This document shows, piece after piece, positions 27,636 to 39,300 of a stretch of 64,000 nt of DNA. The notes beneath the pieces are model-generated. The model saw nothing but the letters and a program-made list of their open reading frames with translations, was not told the DNA's origin and did not search any database. Source of the stretch: Sphaerodactylus townsendi (lineage: Eukaryota); assembly GCF_021028975.2 (NCBI RefSeq), contig NC_059432.1, positions 33,418,001 through 33,482,000 on the forward strand, written 5' to 3'. The translations under genes were made by a program, and so were the position numbers. Positions within the stretch are counted from its first letter, which is position 1. Each line of letters opens with the position of its first letter.

Positions 27636-28764
27636 CCAGACAAGGACCTTTCTTTCATTAGATGAAGCAACAGTTATGACTGACAGCAAAAAGGGACACC
27701 AAGCATGCACTCATGTTCCCCAGGAGCTGTTTGGGAGCAGGATCACTACAATATTTTAAGAATCCCTGAACTCTAGGGTTTCTAGAGCACTGCAGGGTAA
27801 GGCATCAGCAGCATTGCCCCCCCTCCCGCCCTTCATTTCCTTTCCTTGTTCTCTGAAGCAAGGGAAGTCAATGGAGAATAGGGATGAGAGTTCTGTCAGC
27901 ATCACCATCACCTAACAACCCTACAGCCACATCCAAGACAGGCAGCTGCCTGTGGCCCATACATGTTTGAAGGGTCTAGCAAGACTGATCCTGTGTTGGT
28001 GCAGTAATGTAACCAAATTTAGGCCTGGATTGGTTCAGGTCACACCCCAGCAACTCACATGAAATGAAGCAAAACAAAAACATCCCCCCAACTTCCCCCA
28101 CCTTTGTTGAAGATATTAAAGAAATGGGTTTTTAAAAACAAAGCATATAGTTCATTGAGGTCTTAATGTGCAGAAAACTAGCAAAACTAACTAGCTGTGG
28201 TTCTGTCCCTAGCAGGTAGCAAACTATACTCTCTTTTACATTCTAAAGCATTAACAAGTGGCTCCCATAGAGCATACAAAGTGTTCTCTGCCTAGCAAGA
28301 GCTCTCATAGGGTGGAGGGAAAAGCTCGCAACATCCTGGACTCCTTCCCCAACCAGTCATGATCACAGGACTGTCTCTATGGACTCTCTGGACAGGAGTG
28401 AGCTCCCCCTCCCACACCAGATTCACAGCTGAACTGTGTGAACAGAATTAACAGGATTTTGAAAGGACCTTGAGAGCAAACCTTGAGAGGATTAGTGGGG
28501 GACATTTGCAGACCTGTCAGAATGCAGCAAGATGAGTTTCATTCAAAGTTTTGGGTTATGTTTGGCTCAGGGACATGCCTTAGCTGAGCAGAATTTTCTT
28601 ACAACAGGCATGACTCCCTAACCTTAAGCTTAAAGTCTAAGGGAAAGAAATACAACTTGGGGCATCAAAAATTGACTAGGAGGATCCTGAGTAGAACATA
28701 TGAATACGTGGGTCCCAGAGCCAGGGTGAGGTCATCCTGACAGAGAATGGCAGATGGTGGAAGG

Positions 28765-29280
28765 AGAGAAGAGTTTGGATTTATATCTTGCCTTTCTCTC
28801 CTGTAAAGTGATCCAAAGGGGCTTACAAGCTCCTTCCCTTCTTCTCTCCACAACAGACGCCTTGTGAGGTAGGTAAAACTGACAAGCCCAAGAACACCCA
28901 GCCAGCTTTGTGTGTAGGAGCAGGGAAACAAATCCAGTTCACCAGATCAAAGTCTGCCACTCATAGACTGTTTCTGAACAGCGGCAGAAGTGGCTCTTCC
29001 ATCGGCATAATGAATGCCGGTGGAGGCTCGGGACTGCTTGCACAGTCTCATGTGGGCAACCTCGAAGCTACAGCGAACTGCAGAGGCAGTTCTGAACAGA
29101 GCCACCTTGGGTTCATCCTGTTCACCTTATGTCTCCCCCCTGCACAGCCCTGGATGTCTGAAGGGACATGCCCATGCCGGTGGCCGGTGCAGAAACAGCC
29201 ATAGGGAGGAGTGGGAAATTAAACCTGGTTCTCCAGATTAGAGCCCACTGCTCTTAACCACTATACCATGATGGTTTCAA
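28765..29280 (-). mobile_element. tRNA-derived squamate SINE(s), Squam3-like, interrupted
   Basis: Minus strand: tRNA-like head ggtatagtggttaagagcagtgggctctaatctggagaaccaggttt, body ctacctcacaaggcgtctgttgtggagag, tail aactcttctc. Confidence 0.7.
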
Positions 29281-29661
29281 TCGATTAGGATCAGAATGTC
29301 CTGTTGATGGGGCTCAGGAATCACATATTCCCACTCAAGCCCCTACCAGCATGGCCAATTGGCCATGCTGACAGAGGCTGATGGGAATTGTAGTTCCTGA
29401 ACATCTGGAGAGCCACAGGTTCCCTACCCCTGCACTAGACTAAGCTGGAGGATGCCAACCTCTTCCTACTATCCTTTAAGATTAATTTACCTGTGACATA
29501 ATGAAGCAACACGATATTAGCTAGTTCTTATTGCTTGCTGTAATCGCTATAGAAACTTACTAAAGTTGTAACTCCTTAATTTGTAACAGCTGGTTATTCA
29601 GAATCCTCATTCAGAATCTGTATGGAAACTGCTGTACTCTGAAAATCTTGTCTCTTTCTAG

Positions 29662-29730
29662 GTGCTGAAGAGCAGCAAACTACAAGCCTATGATTATGGA
29701 ATGTTAAAAAACTTAGAACTTTATGAACAG
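29662..29730 (+). CDS. Lipase A exon (VLKSSKLQAYDYGMLKNLELYEQ)
   Basis: QAYDYG...N...YxQ motif; 69 bp; ttctag / gtaaag. Confidence 0.93.
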
Positions 29731-29954
29731 GTAAAGTATTTTAGAGGGAGTATTGTTTTAGTTTTCCTTAAACAGTATATTGGGGTCTTTCTCATGAAAC
29801 ATCAGAAGTTATGGCAGGCTCTGAAGCCACTTCAACAGTTCCTCAGTTTGCAGGATAGACAAGCAAAAATAGGCCAATCCCCCTTCTACCCAAATGTGAC
29901 TAAACTGAGGAGTAAAAACAGAAATATCACACTAAATTTGCAACATATCTATTT

Positions 29955-30055
29955 ATCTGGTTGTGGTGGGTTTTCCGGGCTGTGTGGCTGTGGTCCGGTA
30001 GATCTTGTTCCTAATGTTTTGCCTGCATCCATTGCTGGCATCTTCAGAGGTATAT
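29955..30055. mobile_element. Penelope-like retroelement terminus
   Basis: ggttgtggtgggttttccgggctgtgtggctgtgg...gcctgcatc..gctggcatcttcagagg, recalled as a typical squamate Penelope end; followed by a truncated Harbinger MITE end at 30062. Confidence 0.6.
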
Positions 30056-30192
30056 CACAGAGGCCGTTTCCGCACGGAGGCGGAAGGGGTTGGGTCGGCG
30101 TATTCCACGCTGACCCGACCCCTCTGTGTTGCTGCTACTGTGTTTTAAACTATTTCAATGCATATATGCTTATATTTTATCACTGTATATTG

Positions 30193-30600
30193 CAGTGATG
30201 GCGAACCTTTTCAAGATTGAGTGCCCAAATTGCAACCCAAAACCCACTTATTTATCGCAAAGTGCCAACAGGCAATGTAACCTGAATACTGAGGTTTTAG
30301 TTTAGCAAAAACGGTTGGCTCTGAGGCGCGTATTACTCAGGAGTAAGCTTGGTGAAGCAACCATGCAATGCTTCGAATGGGTGAATCACGACCCTAGGAG
30401 GGTTTACTCAGAAGCAAGCCCCATTGCCAGCAACCGAGCTTACTCCCAGGTAAAGGATCATGCCCAGGCAGCCTAGATGTGTGTGTGTGTGGGGGGGTGA
30501 TTTTCCACCCCTTCCACATGATGAACTCTGTGCGTGCGTGCCCACAGAGAGGGCTCTGAGTGCCACCTCTGGCACCCATGCCATAGGTTCGCTGCCACTG
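30193..30600. mobile_element. Non-autonomous hAT element
   Basis: TIR cagtgatggcgaacct / aggttcgctgccactg; perfect 8-bp TSD gtatattg. Confidence 0.9.
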
Positions 30601-31504
30601 GTATATTGGGTGTTGCCTCTTTTGGCCTTATTGTTCACTGCTCAGAGCCCTTCTGGGGTTGGGTGGTGTAGGAAAATTAATAAATAATAATAATAAAAAT
30701 ATTGTATGCAGCACCTTTTACAAGTAAGGCAGGATTTGGCTAGGGTTGTTCATACCCTGATCACACCCAGGTTAAATTACTCCATGCTCTACATGGGGCT
30801 TCCTTGGCAGTTGGTTTAGAAGCTTCAGTGGTTTGCAGTGTGGCTGTGAAATCCATGGTAGGCACAGTGTTTCAATATTAGAATGACTTCACTGGCTGCC
30901 TATCTGCTCCTGTGTCCAAGTCATCACTCCCATTTAAAGCAATTAACATCTTAGAGCCCAGATAATTAAAGGACAGTGCCTGTCCTCTGAGATCTCTGAG
31001 GCATTGCCCTGTCTCCCTCCTTTTTCAGATGTAAGGCATTAAGCAACTGGGAGCCGGGGCTTTCCAGTAATGGCTCAACTCTCCTCTTGGATCTCCAGTC
31101 TTTCTGACCCTGCCTGCCACCAGATTTGCTGTATTTCTGGCCCTCATCCATCATTTTATTGGAATCAGATTTGCCAACCTCCAGGTGTGGCCTGGTGATC
31201 TCCTAGAATTACAACTGATCTCCAGACTACAGAGATCAGTTCTTCTGGAAAGGGAATCTATGCAATTATACCCCACTGAGGTCTCTCCCCAAACCTCGTC
31301 CTCCTCAGCTCCACCCCCAAATCTCCGGGAATTTCCCAGTCATGAGCCGGCAACCTTAAATGAAATGTTTGGCATATAACATGCCTGATTTTCATTTTAA
31401 CAACCTTGTTGCGTGCCTATATTATAACGTGCTTTTAAAAATGGTAACCAAAAATGTATTTTGTAGTCTCTTTTTTTTATTTTTTTATTTTACTTCTTAA
31501 AAAG

Positions 31505-31738
31505 GTACATCCTCCTGAATACAACGTTACGAATATGAATATATCAACTGCAGTTTGGAATGTTGGAGATGATCCATTTTCTAATCCTGAGGATATTGCC
31601 GTCTTACTCTCTCAAATCACAAACCTCGCATACCACAAGTTTATTCCTGAATGGGATCATGATAGTTTCTACTATCGTCCAGATGCTTATGTTCAAGTGC
31701 ATAGTGAAATCCTTAATATGATCAAGGAGTCTTATTGA
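31505..31738 (+). CDS. Lipase A terminal exon with catalytic Asp (WNVGDD) and His (EWDH)
   Basis: PPEYNVTNMNISTAVW...HKFIPEWDH...DAY.QV..EILNM; TGA at 31736-31738; spliced CDS totals 1179 nt = 392 aa plus stop; AATAAA at 32397 and 32930. Confidence 0.93.
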   Translation, partial: VHPPEYNVTNMNISTAVWNVGDDPFSNPEDIAVLLSQITNLAYHKFIPEWDHDSFYYRPDAYVQVHSEILNMIKESY

Positions 31739-33526
31739 AAACAGGGTAAGCAATGCAGAGGACATTGTGTGAGAAGTCTAGACTCATCCATTTCAATTTT
31801 CTAAGACTGGAGAAACTCTGCAAAGGCTTGTATTATAAACCTCAAAGACCGTGGCCTGGTCACACCAAGTTTAGGGTTGATTGTCCTGGCAAGAGATATG
31901 CCAAAATTTCTTGTGAATTTTCATGAATTTGAATTTTTTTTTGTTTTTCTTGAAATTCCCACAGATACTTGCCCAAAAAGGACCCTCCATCCCATTCCCC
32001 TAGAATGAACCATAAGTAAAATTTGGTACTGATATGAAAGGCTCAACTTAACACTACAGAAGTATGCAAAGGTGGACCAACAACTTGATCTCCCTTCCTG
32101 ACCTCCTTGGAAGGGGCCTTTTGCAGTAGAAAAGAGATGGAGGAGGCAGAAGGCCTTTTACTTGTAAACTTTCTTTGATATGACTCTCCTTGTCACTTCT
32201 CCACATCTGTGCTTACATGGAAGCTATGTACCTGAAATCCCAGGGGAAAGAAGCCAGCCAGACAAGAGGCTGGAGGGGGATGAATGATAGGGAAAGGCAC
32301 TTTAATGAAGGAAATATAGGGCTACCATTACATATACAGTATGATATGCAGCTTGGCTATAATATAGAGGAAGAAATGAATATGTTTTTCCCAAGGAATA
32401 AAACCTTATTGGGGCTGATATATAGGTGCCACCTCATTTTGTGAGCTTGTCTCTGTGTGTCATTTTAGTGCCATATGTAAATTTTTGTTTGTGTGTAGCT
32501 GTTTTCTTAAACATAATTTTTCTGAGTGTGTATATATTCCTCATGTTTGGTACATGCTATCAAACCAAAGTTAAGCACTTCTTAATTCCCAAAGATTTCA
32601 GTAGAATTTTCCCATTGTGCTCAATGAAAAATTCAAAGTCCTTGGCTAGATTGTGCCCAACCTTGTGTGTATGTGAAAAAATCCTATGGTTCTCATTGGA
32701 ACAACTGTATAAAATATGTCTAAAAGTTTGCTTTTGGTTTGTAAAAAAAGGGGGACATTATTTTCCCCTTTCAATTGTTTAGTAACCTGTGGACAGACAA
32801 CCTTACCTTTACATTTACCTTTATTGGTCCAAATTGCTGTAAAATACACATATACTAATCAATTTTATTCTCTACTACTATTGAGCCCATCTAATCAGTT
32901 TCACTTAAATTAATGAATATCTGACTGAGAATAAAAACAGAACATTTCTAAGACTTTTCTGGTGTTTATTGTGGACCAAATTGACACTGATCAAGAAGCC
33001 TGAAGGGAACTAACGATCAGGGAGGGGAGAAGCCTGAGTGGGTCTACTTGGAAATAAGTCTCATTTCATCCAATGCAGGTTACTCCCAGGTAAGTCTTGT
33101 TATGAGTACATCCTTTGTCTGATCATCACATGAGGCTGCCAGCAAACCTAACCTAAGTGGTAAGAGTTGGTTTCAGATAAAAGAGTTGGTTTTAGATAAA
33201 ATAAAACTCTCAGGAATGGGTCATTTGTGGTGGTTTGGCATAAATATTGAGAATAGATGGGGTGGAGAACTGCCTGGTTCAAATCTTCCCTTAGCCACAA
33301 ATTCACTAGCTGGTCTCACAAAAGCCTCCGCATTGTGTGCTATCTGCTTTATGGGGATGAACATACTGGGCTACTGCAGGGCTACTGCAAAAAATATTGA
33401 AATGATGTATGTAAAGCAAATACTATGAGTGCTGAACAAAGTCTTGGCATTACTCCACAATCACTTTTGGTGGGGAACCCTATTTTCCAGGAAAAAAAAA
33501 ATTAAGAACAGAATCTAACTAAAGGT

Positions 33527-33752
33527 CCAGTGTAGTGTAGTGGCTAGAGTGTCAGTCAAGGATCTAGAAGACCCAGGTTTGAATCACCACTGTGACTCGG
33601 AAGCTTGTTAGGTGATCTAGGGTCAGTCAAACATTTTCAGCAAAACTTACCTTGCAGGGTTGTTAGGATAAAATGGAGGAAAGTCAATTGCTGTAAACTG
33701 CTTTGGATGCCCATTGGGAAGTAAGGCAGGATATAAAGTAAACAAAATAAAC
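33527..33752 (+). mobile_element. tRNA-derived SINE (Squam-like)
   Basis: A-box-like tagtggctagag, B-box-like ggtttgaatc, body ttaccttgcagggttgttaggataaaatggagga, A-rich tail; similar copy at 53577. Confidence 0.7.
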
Positions 33753-34167
33753 CTAGAACCCATTTCAATAGGAGAGGAGTGTGTACATATAACTCTTGTT
33801 CTGATATCAATAGGACATACAAGTGGTTAACTTTGGGAGGTATTTGAATCAGAACTACATGGGATTGCCAGCTGGGGGAGGACTGGGTTTAGAGAGAGAT
33901 GAGATTTCAGCTGGACATAATGCCCCATAGTCCACCCTCAAAAGCAGCTGGTTTCTCAAGGGGAACCATAATTCTGGGTGACCTCCAGACCCTATATGGA
34001 GGTTGGCAACCCTAAGACTGCAACACTGTGGAACATAGTGGTTAACCTCTTTTCCCCAGTGTTACATGCCCAGAACTGCTTCTGGACATTTAGTACAGTT
34101 GTTACCAATGGTACAATCTAAAACAGGGTTACACACTTCTAGGTTCATTGATTCAATAGGCTTAGGG

Positions 34168-34263
34168 CAGGGGTAGGGAACCTTTAACACTCAAAGAGCC
34201 ATTTGGACCCGCAAATAACACTTGGAGCTGCAAATAATTTTTGACATTTAAAATAAAGATAAC
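34168..34263. mobile_element. Left end of a hAT element, truncated by the gap
   Basis: caggggtagggaacctttaacactcaaagagccatttgg, same family as 42069. Confidence 0.7.
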
Positions 34264-34394
34264 NNNNNNNNNNNNNNNNNNNNNNNNNNNNNNNNNNNNN
34301 NNNNNNNNNNNNNNNNNNNNNNNNNNNNNNNNNNNNNNNNNNNNNNNNNNNNNNNNNNNNNNNNNNNNNNNNNNNNNNNNNNNNNNNNNNNNNN
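34264..34394. other. Assembly gap (131 N)
   Basis: Run of N. Confidence 1.
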
Positions 34395-34419
34395 AGAAAG
34401 AGTAAGGATAAGGCCATAC

Positions 34420-34770
34420 ATGTGAGAAAATGTGGATGGATTGAGATGAAAGAGCACTGCGGTTGAGGAAATTGAGACTGGGAATTGAGACTGGGAATGG
34501 CAGCCAAAAAAGGAGCTAGAAAAGATTCTTAAGTACAAGGATGTGTCACTGGCAACCAAGATGAAGATAATTCATACCTTACTATTCTCTGTTACATATA
34601 TGGGTGTGAAAATTGGGCAATGAAGAAAGCTTAGAGGAAGAAGATACCTTTAAAATGTGGTGTTGGAAAAGAGTTTGATGGATACTGTGGACTGCTAAAA
34701 TTACAAATAAGTGATTTATAGATCAAATTGAACAATTATAAATCAAATCAAACAATTATCCCTACAGTAG
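34420..34770 (+). mobile_element. RTE-clade LINE fragment (post-RT region)
   Basis: Degenerate KDVSLATKMKIIH...YGCENWAMKKA.R.KI..KMWCWKR...WTA. Confidence 0.75.
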
Positions 34771-36310
34771 ATGTTGGTTGATTCCCAGAGGCTGCAATAA
34801 GCAAATGTTCAACAATGCATTTTTTTCCTCATGTGTGCAGAGACAGATCATGTGATTTCTGGGCCCTTTTTCAATAATTGTAATTTCTGGATTTGACAAA
34901 AAAACTGAAGTGCCTCAGTTTGACTCCCCACGCATACACCATATCACCATTCCTCTTCTACTCAATGAACTTAAGTTCAGGAACTCTTCAAAATATCCAC
35001 TCCCTTCAAAATATCCTTATGGGGAAATAGTTGCTCTTTTGGAATGCTTTTATAATTTCACAACTGTATAGGTACATATTTATAACAACTTACAAGTTTT
35101 TGTTTAAAAAACTAGTTTCAAAAGGCATTCCCTTCGAATGTTGCTTCCAATTGTAGCTTTCCTCAGAAGAGAAAAAAAACCAGTCTGACCCTAGTTAACT
35201 AAAAACATGGCTCTGACTTTCCTTGAGCTTCTGGTTGCCTTTTGGGAGAGTGAAAGCAGGAAGGCACTGGCCAGCTGCTAGAATTTTAGCCTCTTGACAG
35301 AGGCTAGACCGTTTATGGTATTGCTCCAGCTTCGTTGACACATACAAACCCCCTTTCCATGTTAACTTGTGCATCAAAAGGGGGGGGGGGCAGATGTTAT
35401 ATACCCCTCCAAGAATTATTGGACATAATGGTAACTTGTATGACAATCTCTCCTTTTTTTTTTTGAAAGTTTTGAAGAAATAGGTGTCTATGACTGCTCT
35501 GCCTTGATAGATATTCTGCAGACAATCCTGTAGGAGAATATATATTATTCTGGCTGTGCTAAGAAAAACATCACTTGTGCATCAAGTATGTAGAAAAGGA
35601 TTATATGTGGCAATAATTTCAGGTGGGTAGCTGTGCTGGTCTGCAACAGAAGAGCAAGGTTCAAGTTTTATGCTTTCAAGCGTCAAAGCTCCTGAATGAT
35701 GGAGCTTTGACGCTTGAAAGCATATACCCTGGAAATCTTGTTGGTCTTTAAGATGCTTTTGACTCAAACAATGTGGTGGTGCAATAGCTTTAGCTGATGT
35801 TAACTTATACAACACCTTGACCATCTTTGGATGGAAAGGCAGTTGCAAAATAGTCTAAATAAATATAAACTCTGGGAACTCTCTGTTACCAAAGACTGAA
35901 AGTGGAAAATGAGAGGCAGATGCAAGGTAAGTTGTTCTATAGCATTAACATTATTGCAGATGTGAAAGCCCCTTTGTTGAATTTGCTCAAGCTGCTTGCA
36001 GAAAGCAAATAGCACTGTAGCTGCTACATTAATACATAACTGATCCATAGATTTCCCCCAATCAGCTACTTAATTCTCACACTAAATATGCTTTGCTTGG
36101 AAAACTATGTGCTTCAGCACAGTGGACAACTTCAACAAATGTGTGTTTTCTTTCATTTTCCTCCTCCTTTTCTGCAGCCTTGATCTGAGAATGGTTGAAA
36201 TCACTAGGTGGCACCAGGCGTCTACAGAAACTATGTATGCTACCATGCAGACATGTTTTTTTTTACTCAAGTATCCTTCATAGGCAAAGACTGAAATCTG
36301 GGAAGCATGC

Positions 36311-39300
36311 TGTCAAGGAAGACTCCACAGTCCCCTTCTACTTGAATTGCTTATTCATTCAATACACTCATAGAAACTTCTTCTTTTTTGTAGTTTATTA
36401 CATATAACAGGCAAGCTTACAAGTTGCTCTAACGAATTAACAAAAGAAAACTTCAGGAAAAAAACGAACTGGGCTTCAGCTTCAGTTAAACCCTCACTCA
36501 CTAACTGCCCTTCCTGTGTTCTGAGCCACATCCTCCAACTGACACTTTCAGAATGTTCCTGAACTCTTCACATGCCCCTTTTCAGCTGAAATTTAGGGGC
36601 TAAATGTCTCAAAATTTCAGTTAGATCCAATCATATCATACAGGCAATTATATATAATTAACCATTACCCCTAGACGACTTAGTGCATCATCAGCAATAA
36701 TATTGTCCTTACCCTTTACATGTCGAATCTCAAATCTTCATAATCTTGTAGGGCTAAGGACCATCTCAAAGAGCATACTTTCCAGCATTGCTGTTTTTTT
36801 CATCTTGCTCAAAAAAGGCCAAAGGATTATGGTCAGATCTTACAATAAACTTAGACCCTATTAGGTAAGGATGTAATTTTGATTGCCCACAAAATGGCAG
36901 GAGGCATTCCTTCTCACGCATCGTTGAGTATGCACATTCTCTAGGGTAACAGCTTTTCTACTAAGGAAAACTATTGGATGCACTCTCACCGGGTCTTCAT
37001 TTCTGAACTTCAATGTAGCACCTAAACCTCGATTTCGAAGCATCGAGTATACACTTCAAAATGGTTTGTTAAAATCAGAGAGCAACTAATACTGGAGCAT
37101 TTACAACAGCCCTTTTTACCCCGTCAAAAGCAGTTTGACATCTATACGCTTCCAAACAACTTTAAATGGAGCTAAAGCTTTACATAAGTCTGATAATGGT
37201 GTAGCTAGTTCACTTAGTTGAGGTATGAACTTTCTATAAAACCCAACTAACTTCTAAAAAGGACTGAATATCCTTTTTTTGTGGTTGGAATAGGCCAATT
37301 CCTCATACTGGCAACCTCAGTTTCTATGCTTTAATTTGATCAAGGTTTACACAGTGACCAAGGTATATCGTTCTCCTTCCATCCAAATTGGACATTTATC
37401 AGGTCTCAAAGTTAACCCAGCTTTCCTGAACCTTTCTGCAAAATCCATTCAGAGTATGTTTCTCATAAAATGGGTCTCCCAGGAATCAGTGACATGATGG
37501 CTATATCATCCTGATAACCAAAGGCATAATCTAACCCAGTAAGAACCTCATCAATCAACCTCTTGAAGGTTTTGGAAGCTCCGTATGAACCTAAAAAGGC
37601 ATTTTCTTAAATTGAAAAAATGCCCAAGCCCTCATACAAAGGCTGTTTTCTCAGAGGCTTCTTTAGTTAGGGGAATTTGCCAATACCCCTTTGAACAGTC
37701 CAAGGTGCTTATAAACTTAGCACTAGCTAATCTTTTCCACCAATTCCTCCTAAACGTGGGTGTGGGATAAGGATCAAGAGTTGTCATTAGATTAACCTTT
37801 CTGTAAAGTCTACACACACAGTCTGAATTCAGGAGGGTCACCCCTCAGACACTTGCTTTTTCTTCATCAGTACTATGGGTGCTCTCTATGCACTGTTAAT
37901 ACTAGGCTCACTAATATCCCACTTCAACATTTGTTTAACTCCTCCTTCTCCACAACTTCTTTCATACGACATTGTTGCATTAGGGTATGGTGTGGTTTTG
38001 AATAGGTTACACTTCCAGTGTCAATGTGGTGGGAAATCAGGTGAGTCAAACCGGGCTGTTCAGTAAACAACAATTCAAAGTCCTTTAACAAATGTCTAAC
38101 TTGCTTACACAAGCCCTTTCTCTGATAAAACCATCTGAAATCTCGAACTTCACTCACATCGTGAACACTCCTCAAAAATCCCATTCCACAAACTCATATC
38201 TAAGTTAGTGTCAACTTGTACTGGAAAAGTCATTACAGATCTCTCACAACACGGTTTCAACCTATTCAGCATGCACAGCTCCTCTGCCCATCATCTTCTT
38301 TGAATTACATAATTGTCATTACAGGTAAAACTCTGTATTATCACATAAGGTCCCTTCCAAGCCACATCCAACTCTAACAGGCTTATCCACTGACAGTAAT
38401 AAACTTTTATTACCCACTGCAAAGCTGCGTGGTCTAGCCTTTTAACATCAAAGTAGTAGCCTTTTTGTTTCTGCTGAGCCTGTTTCAAATTCTCTGCTGC
38501 AGCTGTCCTTACTTCCTGCAGAGTTCTTTGCAGCTCACAGAAATATGCATTTACATCCTTGGGACAAGAGTTGTCAGTAAAGCCTTCCCAATTTGCTCTT
38601 AGCTAAGCCTCCAAAGGACTCCTGATGGCTCTACCAAACAATAACTGGATTTGGACTAAATCCTAGGCTTTCTTGGACTGAATTCACGGAGGAGCAAACG
38701 TCCAACATGGTACTTTGATCTCCCATGAATTTGAATGCTTTAGTACATAAGACTTCTACCACCAACCGTAGTTCTGAATGGCCCTCTCCACTAAACCATT
38801 TGACTGAGGGTTATAATGCCACTACAGGGGCATGCTGAACCCTCAGCCAATCCTCACAGAAAATTTTCATCACCTGTGACATCAAATTAGGGGCTTGATC
38901 AGTCATTAGTACTTTCTATCACACCATATGTGGACACAAATTCCATTAAGGCCTTAGCTACTGACACAGATGTAATGTTTCTCACACAAAAAAGGCACAA
39001 GGAAATCTTAAGCTGTATGGTCAACTATAACTACAATATACTGTTTTCCCTAACTACTTTTAGGTAAAGGACCTAAAATGTCCAAACTGACCCTTTTGCA
39101 AAGGGTTCATCAATTACTGGGTAATTTAGCCTACAAATTTAGTTCTATCAGTAGCGTGCCCAACCCGCTGACATACATCATCACATGTCTTGCAAAAATC
39201 CTTAACTGCTTTAGTCGTAACCCTGGCCAAAAAAACTGCCTCTCGAATTCTTTCCATAGTCCTTCTTGGCCCTAGGTGTCCAGCCAATGGGACACCATGA

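Noticed and set aside
29731-30198. Read-through extension of the 178-aa ORF beginning at 29662
   Set aside because: Only the first 23 codons are lipase; a canonical donor follows and the rest is intron and repeat sequence
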